Shown here: piece after piece, positions 9,943-20,492 of the stretch
How positions within the stretch are numbered: position 1 is the stretch's first letter
Layout: every line of letters begins with the position of its first letter
NCBI GenBank assembly: GCA_035761965.1
Contig: DASTPZ010000131.1
Span: 1,925-65,924 of the forward strand
Length of the DNA stretch: 64,000 nucleotides
Source of the DNA: Flavisolibacter sp.
Lineage (GTDB): Bacteria > Bacteroidota > Bacteroidia > Chitinophagales > Chitinophagaceae
Reading direction: 5' to 3'
Translations under genes and position numbers: made by a program
The notes under the pieces: model-generated
Databases searched by the model: none
Seen by the model: the letters and a program-made list of their open reading frames with translations, nothing else
What the model was told of the DNA's origin: nothing

Positions 9943-12381
9943 ATGAACAAGCCCCTTTCCCTTCTCTTTTCTTTCATAACCTTATTTGCCTGCTGGCAGG
10001 CAGAGGCTCAGAACAGCGGCAGCCTGTCCGGTTTTGTTATCAACGCTGCCAATAAGCAGCCGCTCCAGGGATCGACCATTGTTGTACAGCCGGGAGGCCA
10101 GTCGGCCATAAGCGATTCACTGGGCAGGTATCGAATTACGGGCATCCCGGCCGGGCCTTATACGATTTCAGCTTCCAATGTAGGCTTTGCAGGCGAGAGC
10201 AGGTTCAACGTGGTCATTACAAGCGGTAATGAGAACGAAATCTCTTTTGAGCTGCAGCCGGCGGCAGCGGGACTGGCTGAGGTAACCATCAGGTCGAACC
10301 GCCGCACGGCCAGGGCGAATACCCTGGAGACGCCTTTAAGCGTGCAGCGATTGACGGCCGAAGAGATCAAGGCCAACCCGGGTGGTAATTTCGATATCAG
10401 CCGCGTGGTCAATTCCCTTCCTGGTGTTGGTGGCTCTGCCGGAAGTGTGGGAGGGTTCAGGAATGATATCATTGTAAGAGGTGGTGGTCCGGGGGAAAAT
10501 GTTTTTTACCTCGATGGCATTGAGATACCCGTGGTAAACCATTTCGCCACCCAGGGCAGCGGCGGCGGTCCCACAGGCATTCTGAATGTTTCGTTTATAG
10601 AAGACGTGAAGCTTTCCAGCAGTGCTTTTCATGCCCGCTACGATAATGCACTGTCGAGCGTTTTTGAATTCAGGCAAAAGACCGGCAACCCTACTGAGAC
10701 CCAGGGCAATGTGCGGCTGAGTGGTACCGAGCTGGCAGCAACGATAGAGGGTCCTTTGAGCCGCGATGGCAAGCTTACCTACCTCGCATCGGCCCGGAGA
10801 AGTTATTTGCAGGTATTGTTCTCGCTTATTGACCTGCCCATCCGACCCAATTTCTGGGACTTCCAGTATAAGCTCAGCTATCGCCCCGATGCTAAATCCA
10901 CCCTCACCTTTCTTGGCGTGGGCGCCATTGACCAGTTTGGCTTTGGCAAGATCAATGAGCCTACGCAGGATAAGCTCTACACGCTTAACCAAACACCTGC
11001 CATCAGGCAAAAGAGCTATGCTATAGGGGCAAGCTATCGAAGATCTGTCAACAACGGCTACCTGGTGATGGCCCTGAGCCGCAATGCCCTAGATAACCAG
11101 ATCGAAAAATTTGATTTCAATGATGATAGCGACCCGGCCAACCTGCGTTACAGGACCGACGCGGTGGAAACTGAAAACAAGCTGCGGATAGAATTGAACA
11201 AGAACAAGAATGGCTGGAGCCTGAGCTATGGAGCCATGGCCCAGTATCTCCAGTACGAGTCGGACAACAACATAAGGCGAAGGGCCGCTGTAGGCAGCCA
11301 ACCGGAAGACAGGTTCCTCTTTTCTTCCGACATTAATTTCTTTCGCTTCGGTGCCTTTACACAGGCGGGCAGAAAATTCTTTGGCGGCCGGCTCGGACTG
11401 AGCGCAGGGCTCAGGACCGATATCAATACATTCACTAACGATGGCACCGACCCGGGCAAGGCCTTGTCGCCGAGAGTTGCAGTGAGCTATGTGTTGGCGG
11501 ACAAATGGACCCTAAATGCCACGGCAGGGCGCTATGCCAGGATCGTACCCTATACCGTGCTGGGATTCCGCGACAATAGCGGCAGGCTGGTGAACCTCGA
11601 CAACAACTACGTTACCAATATACATTATGCAGCAGGCGCTGAATTCCTGCCAAAAACAACTACCCGCTTTACGCTTGAGGGCTTTTATAAAAAATATGAC
11701 CGCGTACCGGTGACCGTCCGCGATGGCATCAGCATCAACAACCTGGGTGCCGATTTTGGCTCCGTAGGCAATGAGCCGGTAGTGCCCACGGGAAGGGGCG
11801 AAGCCTATGGCATTGAATTTTTCGCCCAGCAAAAGCTCACGCGTCGCTTTTTCGGCCTGCTGAGCTATACATTTTTCTACAGCCGGTTTAGCAATGCCGA
11901 TGGCCGACTGGTGGCAAGTGCCTGGGACAACCGGCACCTGCTGAGCCTTACATTTGGCTATAAGCTTCCCAGAAACTGGGAGCTTGGATTGAAATACCGC
12001 TACCAGGGCGGCGCTCCGTATACACCGTTCGACCTGCCCGCAAGCCGGCAGAACTTTCTTACGCAGGGCCAGGGATTGCTCGACTACTCGAGGTTCAATA
12101 CCCTCCGGCTCGATGCTTTCTCTGCAAGCGATATCAGGATAGACAAAAAATGGAATTTCCGCAAGCTTACACTCGATATCTATCTCGACGTTTCAAACTG
12201 GTGGGGCGCAAGGTCTGTGGCTTATCCAAATTATGCTCTGCAGCGCGATCTCGCAACTGGCGCTTACCTCACCACGAATGGACAGCCCATTGCGCCTGAT
12301 GCAAGCAATGGCATACCAATCATTCTTAATAACGACGATCCCGTGATACTTCCCACCATAGGCTTCATTATAGAGTTCTAA
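9943..12381 (+). CDS. TonB-dependent receptor
   Basis: Signal peptide (AEA-Q); carboxypeptidase-regulatory-like domain; plug IIVRGGGPGEN..YLDGIEIP; C-terminal GFIIEF. Confidence 0.9.
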   Translation: MNKPLSLLFSFITLFACWQAEAQNSGSLSGFVINAANKQPLQGSTIVVQPGGQSAISDSLGRYRITGIPAGPYTISASNVGFAGESRFNVVITSGNENEISFELQPAAAGLAEVTIRSNRRTARANTLETPLSVQRLTAEEIKANPGGNFDISRVVNSLPGVGGSAGSVGGFRNDIIVRGGGPGENVFYLDGIEIPVVNHFATQGSGGGPTGILNVSFIEDVKLSSSAFHARYDNALSSVFEFRQKTGNPTETQGNVRLSGTELAATIEGPLSRDGKLTYLASARRSYLQVLFSLIDLPIRPNFWDFQYKLSYRPDAKSTLTFLGVGAIDQFGFGKINEPTQDKLYTLNQTPAIRQKSYAIGASYRRSVNNGYLVMALSRNALDNQIEKFDFNDDSDPANLRYRTDAVETENKLRIELNKNKNGWSLSYGAMAQYLQYESDNNIRRRAAVGSQPEDRFLFSSDINFFRFGAFTQAGRKFFGGRLGLSAGLRTDINTFTNDGTDPGKALSPRVAVSYVLADKWTLNATAGRYARIVPYTVLGFRDNSGRLVNLDNNYVTNIHYAAGAEFLPKTTTRFTLEGFYKKYDRVPVTVRDGISINNLGADFGSVGNEPVVPTGRGEAYGIEFFAQQKLTRRFFGLLSYTFFYSRFSNADGRLVASAWDNRHLLSLTFGYKLPRNWELGLKYRYQGGAPYTPFDLPASRQNFLTQGQGLLDYSRFNTLRLDAFSASDIRIDKKWNFRKLTLDIYLDVSNWWGARSVAYPNYALQRDLATGAYLTTNGQPIAPDASNGIPIILNNDDPVILPTIGFIIEF

Positions 12382-12783
12382 GCCTTAAGACCCGCATGAT
12401 TCTTAAGCACCGGCACAGCTTAAGCAATGCGATCTCATTTCTGACGGAAGTACCAATTGTCTTTGCAATTGCATGTATGCTTTGCGCATCTCTGCCTTTT
12501 GTTTTGTTTATATATGCTGCGCTGAAGGGAAGTGTATAAATGATTACCCATTGGACAATATGCATCTCCTGCATGAATGCTTTTATTGATACTGGGATCG
12601 GAATATGATTTCGGGATCGTCAAGAGGGAGCAAAACAGCCGCAGATCGCTTGCTTCAAGCTGCATACCTCATAGAGAATGCAGAAGCATAAAGGCCTTTA
12701 TTCCGATAAGCGAAGCAAAATAAGGCTGTCTAAAAGCATAGGCTATACACAACATTTCCTCATTTTATCGTTGCGCCGATTTC

Positions 12784-12797
12784 TGGCACATATTTGT
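12784..12797 (+). promoter_or_regulatory. Possible sigma-54-type (-24/-12) promoter
   Basis: TGGCACATATTTGT resembles TGGCAC-N5-TTGC, with GT instead of GC, about 190 nt upstream of the GH1-RmlD gene. Confidence 0.35.
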
Positions 12798-12984
12798 GAC
12801 CTTCTGCCGGTATAGCTCTTTGCATAGGGAGGTTTGCAAAATAGTCCGGTGGCTGATCAATATCATCAATGCTCATCCGCAAGCACCGGCCCTCCATTGT
12901 GCATCAAAAATTTTCATCACCATATTATCAATCAGCCGGCAAAAGGAATGAACGTGTCCTATTGGTCACGTATTACTAACGAAA

Positions 12985-15192
12985 ATGGGCAATATGAATA
13001 ACGGAAATGAAATTCAGGTATGGGGCGGTATTGAATGTACCATCAATAGGGTAGGCGATCAGTATTTTGATCAGTCTTTGTATTCGGATCATTATAGCAG
13101 GGGCTGTGCAGACCTCGACCTCGTGGCTTCTCTTGGAATCAGCATGCTGCGTTATCCGATACTATGGGAACGCCACCAGCCGGAGCCCGGGATGGAAATA
13201 GATTGGTCCTTCACCGCACAGAGCCTGGAGCAGCTCGGCAAGAATAATATCCTACCCATAGCCGGGTTGGTGCACCATGGCAGCGGCCCAAGGCATGTAA
13301 ATTTTTTCGATGGCAGCTTCGAGCAGGGACTTGCCAATTATGCACAGCAGGTAGCCAGTCGGTTCCCTTGGCTGGAATACTATACGCCCGTGAACGAACC
13401 GCTGACCACAGCACGTTTTTGCGGGCTTTACGGTCACTGGTACCCGCATGGCAAGGATGACCACAGCTTTTATAAAGTGTTGCTGGCCGAATGCAAGGCT
13501 ACGGTGATGGCCATGGAGGCGATCCGCAAGATCAACCCCGAAGCTAAGCTCATCCAGACCGAAGACCTGAGTAAATGCTACAGCACACCCTTGCTCGCTT
13601 ACCAGGCCGATATGGAGAACCACCGCCGCTGGCTTTCCTATGACCTGCTTTGCGGCCGCGTGGACCAGGGCCATTACATGTGGAAATGGCTTGTCAAAGC
13701 CGGTATTACTGAAGAAGAGATACTGTATTTTCTCGATCACCATTGCATACCGCATATTGCCGGGTTCAACTACTACATTACTTCCGAGCGGTTCCTCGAC
13801 GAAGACCTGTCCAAATACCCGTCGCAATACCATGGCGGCAACTACCGTCATCGTTATGCCGATATCGAAACGGTCAAAGTTCCGATGCACCAGGAAAACG
13901 GTCCTGCCCTGCTGCTTAAGGAAGCCTGGCAGCATTTGCAGATACCGCTGGCCATTACCGAATGCCACCTGCATAGTACCCGCGAGGACCAGATGCGCTG
14001 GTTCCATACCATGTGGAAAACGGTAAACAAGGTTAAAAGAGAGGGCGTGGATGTAAGGGCCATAACAGCCTGGGCCATTTTTGGACTGTATGGATGGAAC
14101 TGTCTTGTTACAAAACCCTGTGGCGATTATGAGCCTGGTGTTTTTAACCTCAGCCCGGGATACCCCAGGCCAACAGCCCTTGCCCGCCTGCTGCAGGAGC
14201 TTACCCGGAACAAGGCCTATCACCACCCCGTGCTTGACCGGGAAGGCTGGTGGCAGCGCGATAACCGGCAGCAGTTTGGTTCGCCTAAGGTTGTAAGCAT
14301 GAAAAAGAAAAAAACATCCACCAGCTGCAGACCCCTGCTTATCCTAGGCAAGACCGGTACTTTGGGAAAGGCTTTTGGACAGGTCTGCGAGGAGAGGAAT
14401 ATCCATCACCTGATGCTGAGGAGGTGCGACCTGGACATCACCGATCCGGCAGGCTTTGAAAAGCTCATTCATGACCTCGATCCCTGGGGTGTTGTAAATG
14501 CCGCAGGTTATGTAAAACCGGACGAGGCTGAGAATGACGAGCAGGCCTGTTTCCTGGCCAACACCCAGGGACCTGTGAGCCTCGCCAGGATCTGCAGCGA
14601 TAAGAATACCCGCTTTCTTTCCTATTCCTCCGATCTTGTATTCGACGGGCGAAAAGCTTCTGCCTACACGGAGCAGGATGCACCAAACCCTTTGAGTGTT
14701 TATGGCCGCAGCAAGGCCATGGCCGAAGAACAGATCCTTGCGAACAATGAGCAGGCCTTAGTGATCCGGAGCAGCAGCTTTTTTGGCCCCTGGGACAATG
14801 CCAATTTCGTTGCAGCCACGCTGTCTTCGCTTAGGGAAGGACGTAGGGTCGAAGCTGCCCGGGATGTGCTGATGTCGCCAACCTATGTACCCGACCTTGT
14901 TCATACAAGCATCGATCTTTTGCTTGATGGAGATGCCGGCATTTATCATGTTACGAATGGCGAGACTGTAAGCTGGGCGCAGTTTGCCCGTTGGATTGCA
15001 ATTACGGCCGGCTATGACCCGGCATTGGTGAAGCCTGTACCCTATCATAGCATGGGATGGAAGGCCCGGCGGCCACGCTTCAGCGCCATGCAAAGCACAA
15101 AGGGCATCAAGCTGCAGTCTTTAAGCAGGGCATTGGAGTGTTGCCTGGAAGCGCTGGGTCATGCTTATCATAGCGGCCGCATAGCCGTATAG
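12985..15192 (+). CDS. Family 1 glycoside hydrolase fused to a dTDP-4-dehydrorhamnose reductase (RmlD)-like SDR domain
   Basis: WGGIECT, VNEP acid/base and ITEC nucleophile motifs; C-terminal GKTGTLG, NAAGY, SSDLVFDG, YGRSK and SPTYV motifs. Confidence 0.9.
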   Translation: MGNMNNGNEIQVWGGIECTINRVGDQYFDQSLYSDHYSRGCADLDLVASLGISMLRYPILWERHQPEPGMEIDWSFTAQSLEQLGKNNILPIAGLVHHGSGPRHVNFFDGSFEQGLANYAQQVASRFPWLEYYTPVNEPLTTARFCGLYGHWYPHGKDDHSFYKVLLAECKATVMAMEAIRKINPEAKLIQTEDLSKCYSTPLLAYQADMENHRRWLSYDLLCGRVDQGHYMWKWLVKAGITEEEILYFLDHHCIPHIAGFNYYITSERFLDEDLSKYPSQYHGGNYRHRYADIETVKVPMHQENGPALLLKEAWQHLQIPLAITECHLHSTREDQMRWFHTMWKTVNKVKREGVDVRAITAWAIFGLYGWNCLVTKPCGDYEPGVFNLSPGYPRPTALARLLQELTRNKAYHHPVLDREGWWQRDNRQQFGSPKVVSMKKKKTSTSCRPLLILGKTGTLGKAFGQVCEERNIHHLMLRRCDLDITDPAGFEKLIHDLDPWGVVNAAGYVKPDEAENDEQACFLANTQGPVSLARICSDKNTRFLSYSSDLVFDGRKASAYTEQDAPNPLSVYGRSKAMAEEQILANNEQALVIRSSSFFGPWDNANFVAATLSSLREGRRVEAARDVLMSPTYVPDLVHTSIDLLLDGDAGIYHVTNGETVSWAQFARWIAITAGYDPALVKPVPYHSMGWKARRPRFSAMQSTKGIKLQSLSRALECCLEALGHAYHSGRIAV

Positions 15193-15261
15193 GCGGGGGA
15201 GGCCAAGCTGCGTCAGGCGCAAACAGGTTCCCCGGCAGCGATGTCCTTCTATAAAAAGATG

Positions 15262-15735
15262 TCATTCATTCTCCGCGTGACAAACCGGGAAATGGTTGAC
15301 CGGGAAATTGCATGAGCTGGCAATAAAGCAGCGCTGGCTTGCCTTATGGTGGAGCGCCAGGGCCTTCTCCACCATGGAAGCATCCTGCACGGTAACCACG
15401 GGGTTGAGCTTTGCTTCGGTGAAATGGCCGCCCCCACCGGGGGTTTCTACCATGGTTCCTGTTGCGCTGTCGGTATAGGCCGTTACGACCACGCCTTCTT
15501 CAACGCAAGCATGCAGATAAGAAAGCAGGTGACAGGCAGAAAGAGCTGCGAGCAATAGTTCTTCGGGATTGTGCAATGCGGGGTTGCCACGAAAGGCAGG
15601 ATCCGAAGAGCCTTTGATCTGCTCCTTGCCTGGAATTGTTATGGTATGTTCCCTGCCATAAGCGCGGTAGCTGCTCGTACCGCTTCCGGCATTGCCGGTC
15701 CATTCTATGATGGCTTTGTATTGATGTGCGTGCAT
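15262..15735 (-). CDS. OsmC/Ohr family peroxiredoxin-like protein
   Basis: SSDPAFRG, NPEELLLAALSACH and CFIASS two-Cys pattern. Confidence 0.9.
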   Translation of the reverse strand: MHAHQYKAIIEWTGNAGSGTSSYRAYGREHTITIPGKEQIKGSSDPAFRGNPALHNPEELLLAALSACHLLSYLHACVEEGVVVTAYTDSATGTMVETPGGGGHFTEAKLNPVVTVQDASMVEKALALHHKASQRCFIASSCNFPVNHFPVCHAENE

Positions 15736-15866
15736 AAGATCGATTTTGGAGTTGGGAAGTGAGGGACCGAGCCTCGACATTCCGGTTGACGCGCAAAGTT
15801 CGGTCATGCAAATCAAAAGCAGCCATCATCCTACCGGGTATCCCCAGATTCGGTTAGGCCACGCCG

Positions 15867-16445
15867 TTAAAAAAACTTCATAGGATACGGCGCGGGCCAC
15901 TGCCCCCTGCTGATGCGCCTGAGCTTGCCGGCCAGCAGCTTGCGTTGCAGCGATCCTATGCGATCGAGGTAGAGCATTCCCTCTATATGATCGTATTCAT
16001 GCTGGATCATACGTGCTGTGACGCCACTGAAACGGCCCGTCTTTTCACTTCCCTGCTCATCAAGATAGTCGATCTCTATGGTCCACGGTCTTCGCACCGG
16101 CTGCTGCAGATGCGGTATGCTCAGGCAGCCTTCTTCGTCGGTCCATTCCCCGGCCGAATATTGCCTGATCACGGGGTTGATAAACGCCTGCCTGATACCC
16201 TCATCACCATCGAAGTATTGTCTTCGCTCGTTCTCATCCATGCGTTCGTAGGTTTGCCGGCTGTCGACCAGGAAGAGGCGAAGCGACCGGCCAAGCTGTG
16301 GCGCCGCCAATCCGCAGCCATTGGCATTGTAAAGCGTATCCCACATATCAACGATCAGTTCTTGCAGCTCTTCCACAGGCATTAAGACCTGTTCTGCAGG
16401 TTGACGGAGCAGCGGATGTCCATAAGCCAGGATGGGTAAGACCAT
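15867..16445 (-). CDS. def: Peptide deformylase
   Basis: GCGLAAPQ, EGCLS and QHEYDHIEG motifs. Confidence 0.95.
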   Translation of the reverse strand: MVLPILAYGHPLLRQPAEQVLMPVEELQELIVDMWDTLYNANGCGLAAPQLGRSLRLFLVDSRQTYERMDENERRQYFDGDEGIRQAFINPVIRQYSAGEWTDEEGCLSIPHLQQPVRRPWTIEIDYLDEQGSEKTGRFSGVTARMIQHEYDHIEGMLYLDRIGSLQRKLLAGKLRRISRGQWPAPYPMKFF

Positions 16446-16518
16446 AGGCGCAAAGCTAGCAGGCCCTTTATTATCTTTAATCCAGGTAACATACAGTATA
16501 CCAGTTAAAAAAAGGCTT

Positions 16519-16860
16519 ATGCGCAGAATAGAGGACAAGGCCTGTTTCCGGGACCTGCTGGCCGTAATGGATACACTCGAGCTGATCAGCGGCAAATGGA
16601 GGGTTCCGATCATGGCCCTTTTGGCTCACCATGCCTATCGCTTTGGCGAGCTTGCCTCGGCGCTCGGCATTTCTGCCCGCATGCTGTCGAGGGAGCTGGA
16701 AACCCTGGAGGAGCGAGGGCTCGTAAGCCGCAAGCTTGACCGCCATGGCAACGAAACGGCATGGTACCTGCTTTCGGAAGAAGGCCACAGCCTTAGGGAA
16801 GTGATCCGGGAAATGAAGCTTTGGGGTGAAGCCTACCGGCAGAAGAACCTGCATCGGTAA
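16519..16860 (+). CDS. HxlR family winged-helix regulator
   Basis: DTLELISGKW, RFGEL, GISARMLSRELETLE; N-terminal Cys. Confidence 0.9.
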   Translation: MRRIEDKACFRDLLAVMDTLELISGKWRVPIMALLAHHAYRFGELASALGISARMLSRELETLEERGLVSRKLDRHGNETAWYLLSEEGHSLREVIREMKLWGEAYRQKNLHR

Positions 16861-16899
16861 CGATACCCCTCAATATCAAAGGTATTTGCTGCTCCTTTG

Positions 16900-19083
16900 T
16901 TACTCGCCGGGATGATAGGTTCTTTCCGTATGCTTTAAAACATCTTCCTTGTAAAACCAGACTTCCTTGAACTGGCCGGCGGCATACAGCGGGCCCTGGT
17001 CGAAATAGTGCGGCGATGCAGGATCGGCACTTTGTCCAAAAGTAAAAACAGAACGAACCTTTATACGCTTACCCATCTCGATAAGGGCCACATAGGTATT
17101 CCCCCCGGTGCCATAGTTCTTTTTGGTACCATCGCGGCGGGTACCGAAAGCAAACAGGGAGCCTACCACGCCGGGAGCCGCTGCTACGGCCAGACTTGGA
17201 CGGTCATCGCTGAATTTTTCCTGCGTGCCGCTGCTATGGATACGCTGCAAGCGGTTGATGTCTCCCCATTGCGGTATGCTACCATAACGCTTGAGCAGGG
17301 TATCAATGGCCTGAGACATAAAGCTAGCCGTCAGGCTGTCGTCGACCGGAAGCCTGGCGCCCGATACACGGGCCTGGATTATGCTCTGGACCTCGGTAAG
17401 CGGCACCGTCTTACGGGTAAACTCCAGGAAATTCCTTGTCCATTCCATGGCTATGGTCGTAGCCCTGCTTTCGGGTCCATACCTGTTGTCCCAATTACGC
17501 AGTGAGTCCAGGGCAAAGGAAAACTTTTGCCTCAGTCCGGGGTTTGAGACGGAGGTTCGCTCACAGGCATCAATGATCTGCTGCTTCCAGTTAGCCATCA
17601 GTGGCAGGTGCGGACTGGTGATCAGCCGGCGCAGGTCGTCCAGGGAAAGACGGCCGGGTTGCGACAGTTGCCTTAAGGCTTCTTCGGCCCTGAAGGTTTG
17701 CGGGTCGTAGGCCATATAGGCGGGATATTGCTGCTTTTGCGGGCTGCTGGCGCCAGCGGAGAGGTAGGGTGTGGAATTGCAGTTCTGCAGCCATCCGGTA
17801 GCGGGGTTGATCACCTGCGGCACATCCCGCAGGGGATGCAGCTCCTTCCATTCCGTACCGGGATCATTGCCCTGCTGCGGGTAACGCCAATCGTATTTCG
17901 GGTCGCGCCTGGGCACGGCATTGCCATGCCAGTAAGCAATGTTACCGTCCCTGTCGGCATAAGAAGTAGTTGGATAACCTAGGGCTCTTTTATCCATGGC
18001 GGCAGTAAAGGTTTTGAGGTTCTTTGCCTTCATCATCTGCCAGCATTGATCTATCCATTTATCGGTTGGAGCCGAGGAGTTTACTGCCGTTATCCACTGG
18101 CCCCCGCGGCGCGCCAGCACAGGTCCATGGTGTGTAAGCCTGAAGCTTACAGGCCGGGGACTCAGACCTGAAGCCGTTTTCACAAAAACAGTATCGGTCA
18201 CCAGCACTGCTGTGCGATAGCCGGCACCGTAGCGGTATTTCAGGCTGTCGGTAGGATGGTCGAAGGTCTCAAGGTAAACATCGGTAAAGTCTACGCCGGA
18301 GTTGGTGTGCGCCCAGGCAACAAATTCGTTGAATCCGCTCCAGATAAAGGGCAGACCCAGCATGCCAAAGCCACCGGCATTCAATCCTTCTTCGCTAACG
18401 AGCTGGCACTCGTAGCGCTGGTAATCGCCAAAAAAAGGCTGATGCGGGTTGATGACCAGCATGGCATTGCCGCTCGCCGATTTTTTGGGTGCTATGGCAA
18501 TGGTATTGGAACCGTCTTCCTGTTTACTGTTAAAAGCTGCTTCATCGATCCCTTCGGCTGCTGTTATCCTTCCCTGCGCCAGCATCTCGCCCGGTGTGAT
18601 ACCATGAACACTGAGGTCTGTGACCACCGGCAAGGTAAAATACCAGGGTTCGAATCGCTGGAACAGCCTTGCCTTACCGGGGTGGGTGTAGAGATAAAAA
18701 TTGACCGCATCGGCAGCAGCCCTGCAAATGGCTTTTGCGCTGGGCGACGCCGCTTCGTAAGACTCGCGCGCTCTTTTCCTTATCTGCAACATGGCTATGC
18801 TGATATCATTGGCCAGACCCGCAGTTCCTATGAGCTCGGCCCTTCTTCCCATTTTGGAGACAAGGGTTTCTTCTAGCTGCCAGAAATTGTCTTCGCATTG
18901 CGCATACAATAGACCGAATATGGCATCGGTATCCTTCTTACCATAAATATGCGGAACGCCCCAGTTATCACGGATGATGGTAACCTTGCCGGCCTGCTGC
19001 TTCCAGCGGCCAGCCTCTTCCCCGCTGAATGTTTGGCTCAAGCCGGCAAGGGGCAGCAAAAAAAGAAAAAAGATCAATCTCAT
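16900..19083 (-). CDS. Penicillin acylase family Ntn-hydrolase (peptidase S45, PvdQ/AHL-acylase-like)
   Basis: IIRDNWGVPHIY; GSNTIAI with N-terminal nucleophile Ser; NPHQ; QNCNS; GQSADPASPHYFDQ. Confidence 0.92.
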   Translation of the reverse strand: MRLIFFLFLLPLAGLSQTFSGEEAGRWKQQAGKVTIIRDNWGVPHIYGKKDTDAIFGLLYAQCEDNFWQLEETLVSKMGRRAELIGTAGLANDISIAMLQIRKRARESYEAASPSAKAICRAAADAVNFYLYTHPGKARLFQRFEPWYFTLPVVTDLSVHGITPGEMLAQGRITAAEGIDEAAFNSKQEDGSNTIAIAPKKSASGNAMLVINPHQPFFGDYQRYECQLVSEEGLNAGGFGMLGLPFIWSGFNEFVAWAHTNSGVDFTDVYLETFDHPTDSLKYRYGAGYRTAVLVTDTVFVKTASGLSPRPVSFRLTHHGPVLARRGGQWITAVNSSAPTDKWIDQCWQMMKAKNLKTFTAAMDKRALGYPTTSYADRDGNIAYWHGNAVPRRDPKYDWRYPQQGNDPGTEWKELHPLRDVPQVINPATGWLQNCNSTPYLSAGASSPQKQQYPAYMAYDPQTFRAEEALRQLSQPGRLSLDDLRRLITSPHLPLMANWKQQIIDACERTSVSNPGLRQKFSFALDSLRNWDNRYGPESRATTIAMEWTRNFLEFTRKTVPLTEVQSIIQARVSGARLPVDDSLTASFMSQAIDTLLKRYGSIPQWGDINRLQRIHSSGTQEKFSDDRPSLAVAAAPGVVGSLFAFGTRRDGTKKNYGTGGNTYVALIEMGKRIKVRSVFTFGQSADPASPHYFDQGPLYAAGQFKEVWFYKEDVLKHTERTYHPGE

Positions 19084-19322
19084 ATACAGTATTTTGAGTT
19101 TGACCGGTTGGCAATAGCTTTCGGCGTTCTGGTTTTCGCCCTCACGGAATGCCGCGCCTGTTCTGAATGCCAGCCGGTGAAAGGTGTACAAGGTAAAGCT
19201 TTCGGCCATAGCTGCTTTCACACCGGCTCAGAAATTAGCAGCAGGTAGAATAACAAGGATAGTCTGTTGCCTGCATTGCGTGAATGACTTTTAGAAAAAT
19301 ACCAGTGAGGTATGTGGTTGTT

Positions 19323-20486
19323 TCAAAGCGTGGTCTCCAGGCCTTGCTGCTGGCGCTTAATGACGGTGTTCACTGCAGACGGCTTTTTCGTTTTTTTTCT
19401 TCGTCCCCACCAGATAAGGAAACCTGTAACCGGCAAGGATGCCGCAAACAGGGAAGCAAGAAAGTAGATGATCTTGCTGCCTATGCCGAGCGCCCTTATC
19501 CTGCCTGTGTGAAAATCGTAGATGCTCCGGCTTACATATTCATAGCGGGTGTATTGCTTATAAGAGTCTGTATGCAGGTTGACAAGATTGTACTGATCGA
19601 ACCACAGGGTGGTCTGCTTTCGCACAATGGCATAGGGATACCTGAAGAGAATCCTGATCGGGGCAAGGCTGTCTGGCGGAACGGTAAGGAATACCTGACT
19701 GGCGCCCGGGTGCTGCAGGCTTGCATAGTTGTAGGCGCTATCAAGCGGGTTTTCCTTTTTTAAGGTACCGGGTACCGATTGCAGTTTGGGAGCTTTCCAG
19801 ACCGGGCTGCCGGTTGCAGCGCTAACCAGGCTTTTGGCCGTATCAAACACCCAGAAGATACCCGTGAGGGAAATGATAAGCAATACAAACAAAGCATAAA
19901 AACCAAGCACACTGTGCAGGTCCCAGTTCAGCCGCTTGCGGTTCTTTGTTTTCCATTTGATGGTAAGCGCCTGTTTCAGAAAGCGCTTTTGCTTGGGCCA
20001 CCATACAATAAGCCCGCTGATGCAGAGTATAAAAAAGATCAGCACGTTCCAGCGAACGATCTCCGCGCCTGTTTTTCCCATCAGCAGGTGCAGATGAATG
20101 TCCAGCACAACGCTCATGAAATCTTTGTTAAGGTCGCGGTGCCCTATGATCTTGCCACTGTAAGGATCTACGGAAATGGCCAGTTCTTTTTTTGTGTGGA
20201 AAACAAACGCGGCATCCTTTTCTTCCAGGAACCTTACCTGGGTGATCTGTTGTGCAGGATAGGCCTTGCTTACCGCAGCTGCCAGTTCGGTTATGGACCT
20301 TCGCTGTCCTGCGGCCTTATCCACATGTAGGTATTTGTGCTGCACCAACTGCCGCCATTCCTCTTCAAAAACATAAAGACATCCTGTAATGGATACAACA
20401 AGCACTACCAGCCCCGAAACCAGGCCAAGCCAGCGATGGACAACCAGGAAAAAACTTCTTATTCTATTAGATGGATTTTTCAACAT
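19323..20486 (-). CDS. PepSY-associated TM helix domain protein (iron-reductase-like)
   Basis: HRWLGLVSG, VDPYSGKI, LDIHL, WDLHSVLG, DFHTG and TGFLIWW motifs. Confidence 0.9.
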   Translation of the reverse strand: MLKNPSNRIRSFFLVVHRWLGLVSGLVVLVVSITGCLYVFEEEWRQLVQHKYLHVDKAAGQRRSITELAAAVSKAYPAQQITQVRFLEEKDAAFVFHTKKELAISVDPYSGKIIGHRDLNKDFMSVVLDIHLHLLMGKTGAEIVRWNVLIFFILCISGLIVWWPKQKRFLKQALTIKWKTKNRKRLNWDLHSVLGFYALFVLLIISLTGIFWVFDTAKSLVSAATGSPVWKAPKLQSVPGTLKKENPLDSAYNYASLQHPGASQVFLTVPPDSLAPIRILFRYPYAIVRKQTTLWFDQYNLVNLHTDSYKQYTRYEYVSRSIYDFHTGRIRALGIGSKIIYFLASLFAASLPVTGFLIWWGRRKKTKKPSAVNTVIKRQQQGLETTL

Positions 20487-20492
20487 CGCGAA

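Noticed and set aside
13252-14226. 324-aa minus-strand ORF inside the GH1-RmlD gene
   Set aside because: Shadow ORF from codon bias; no motifs
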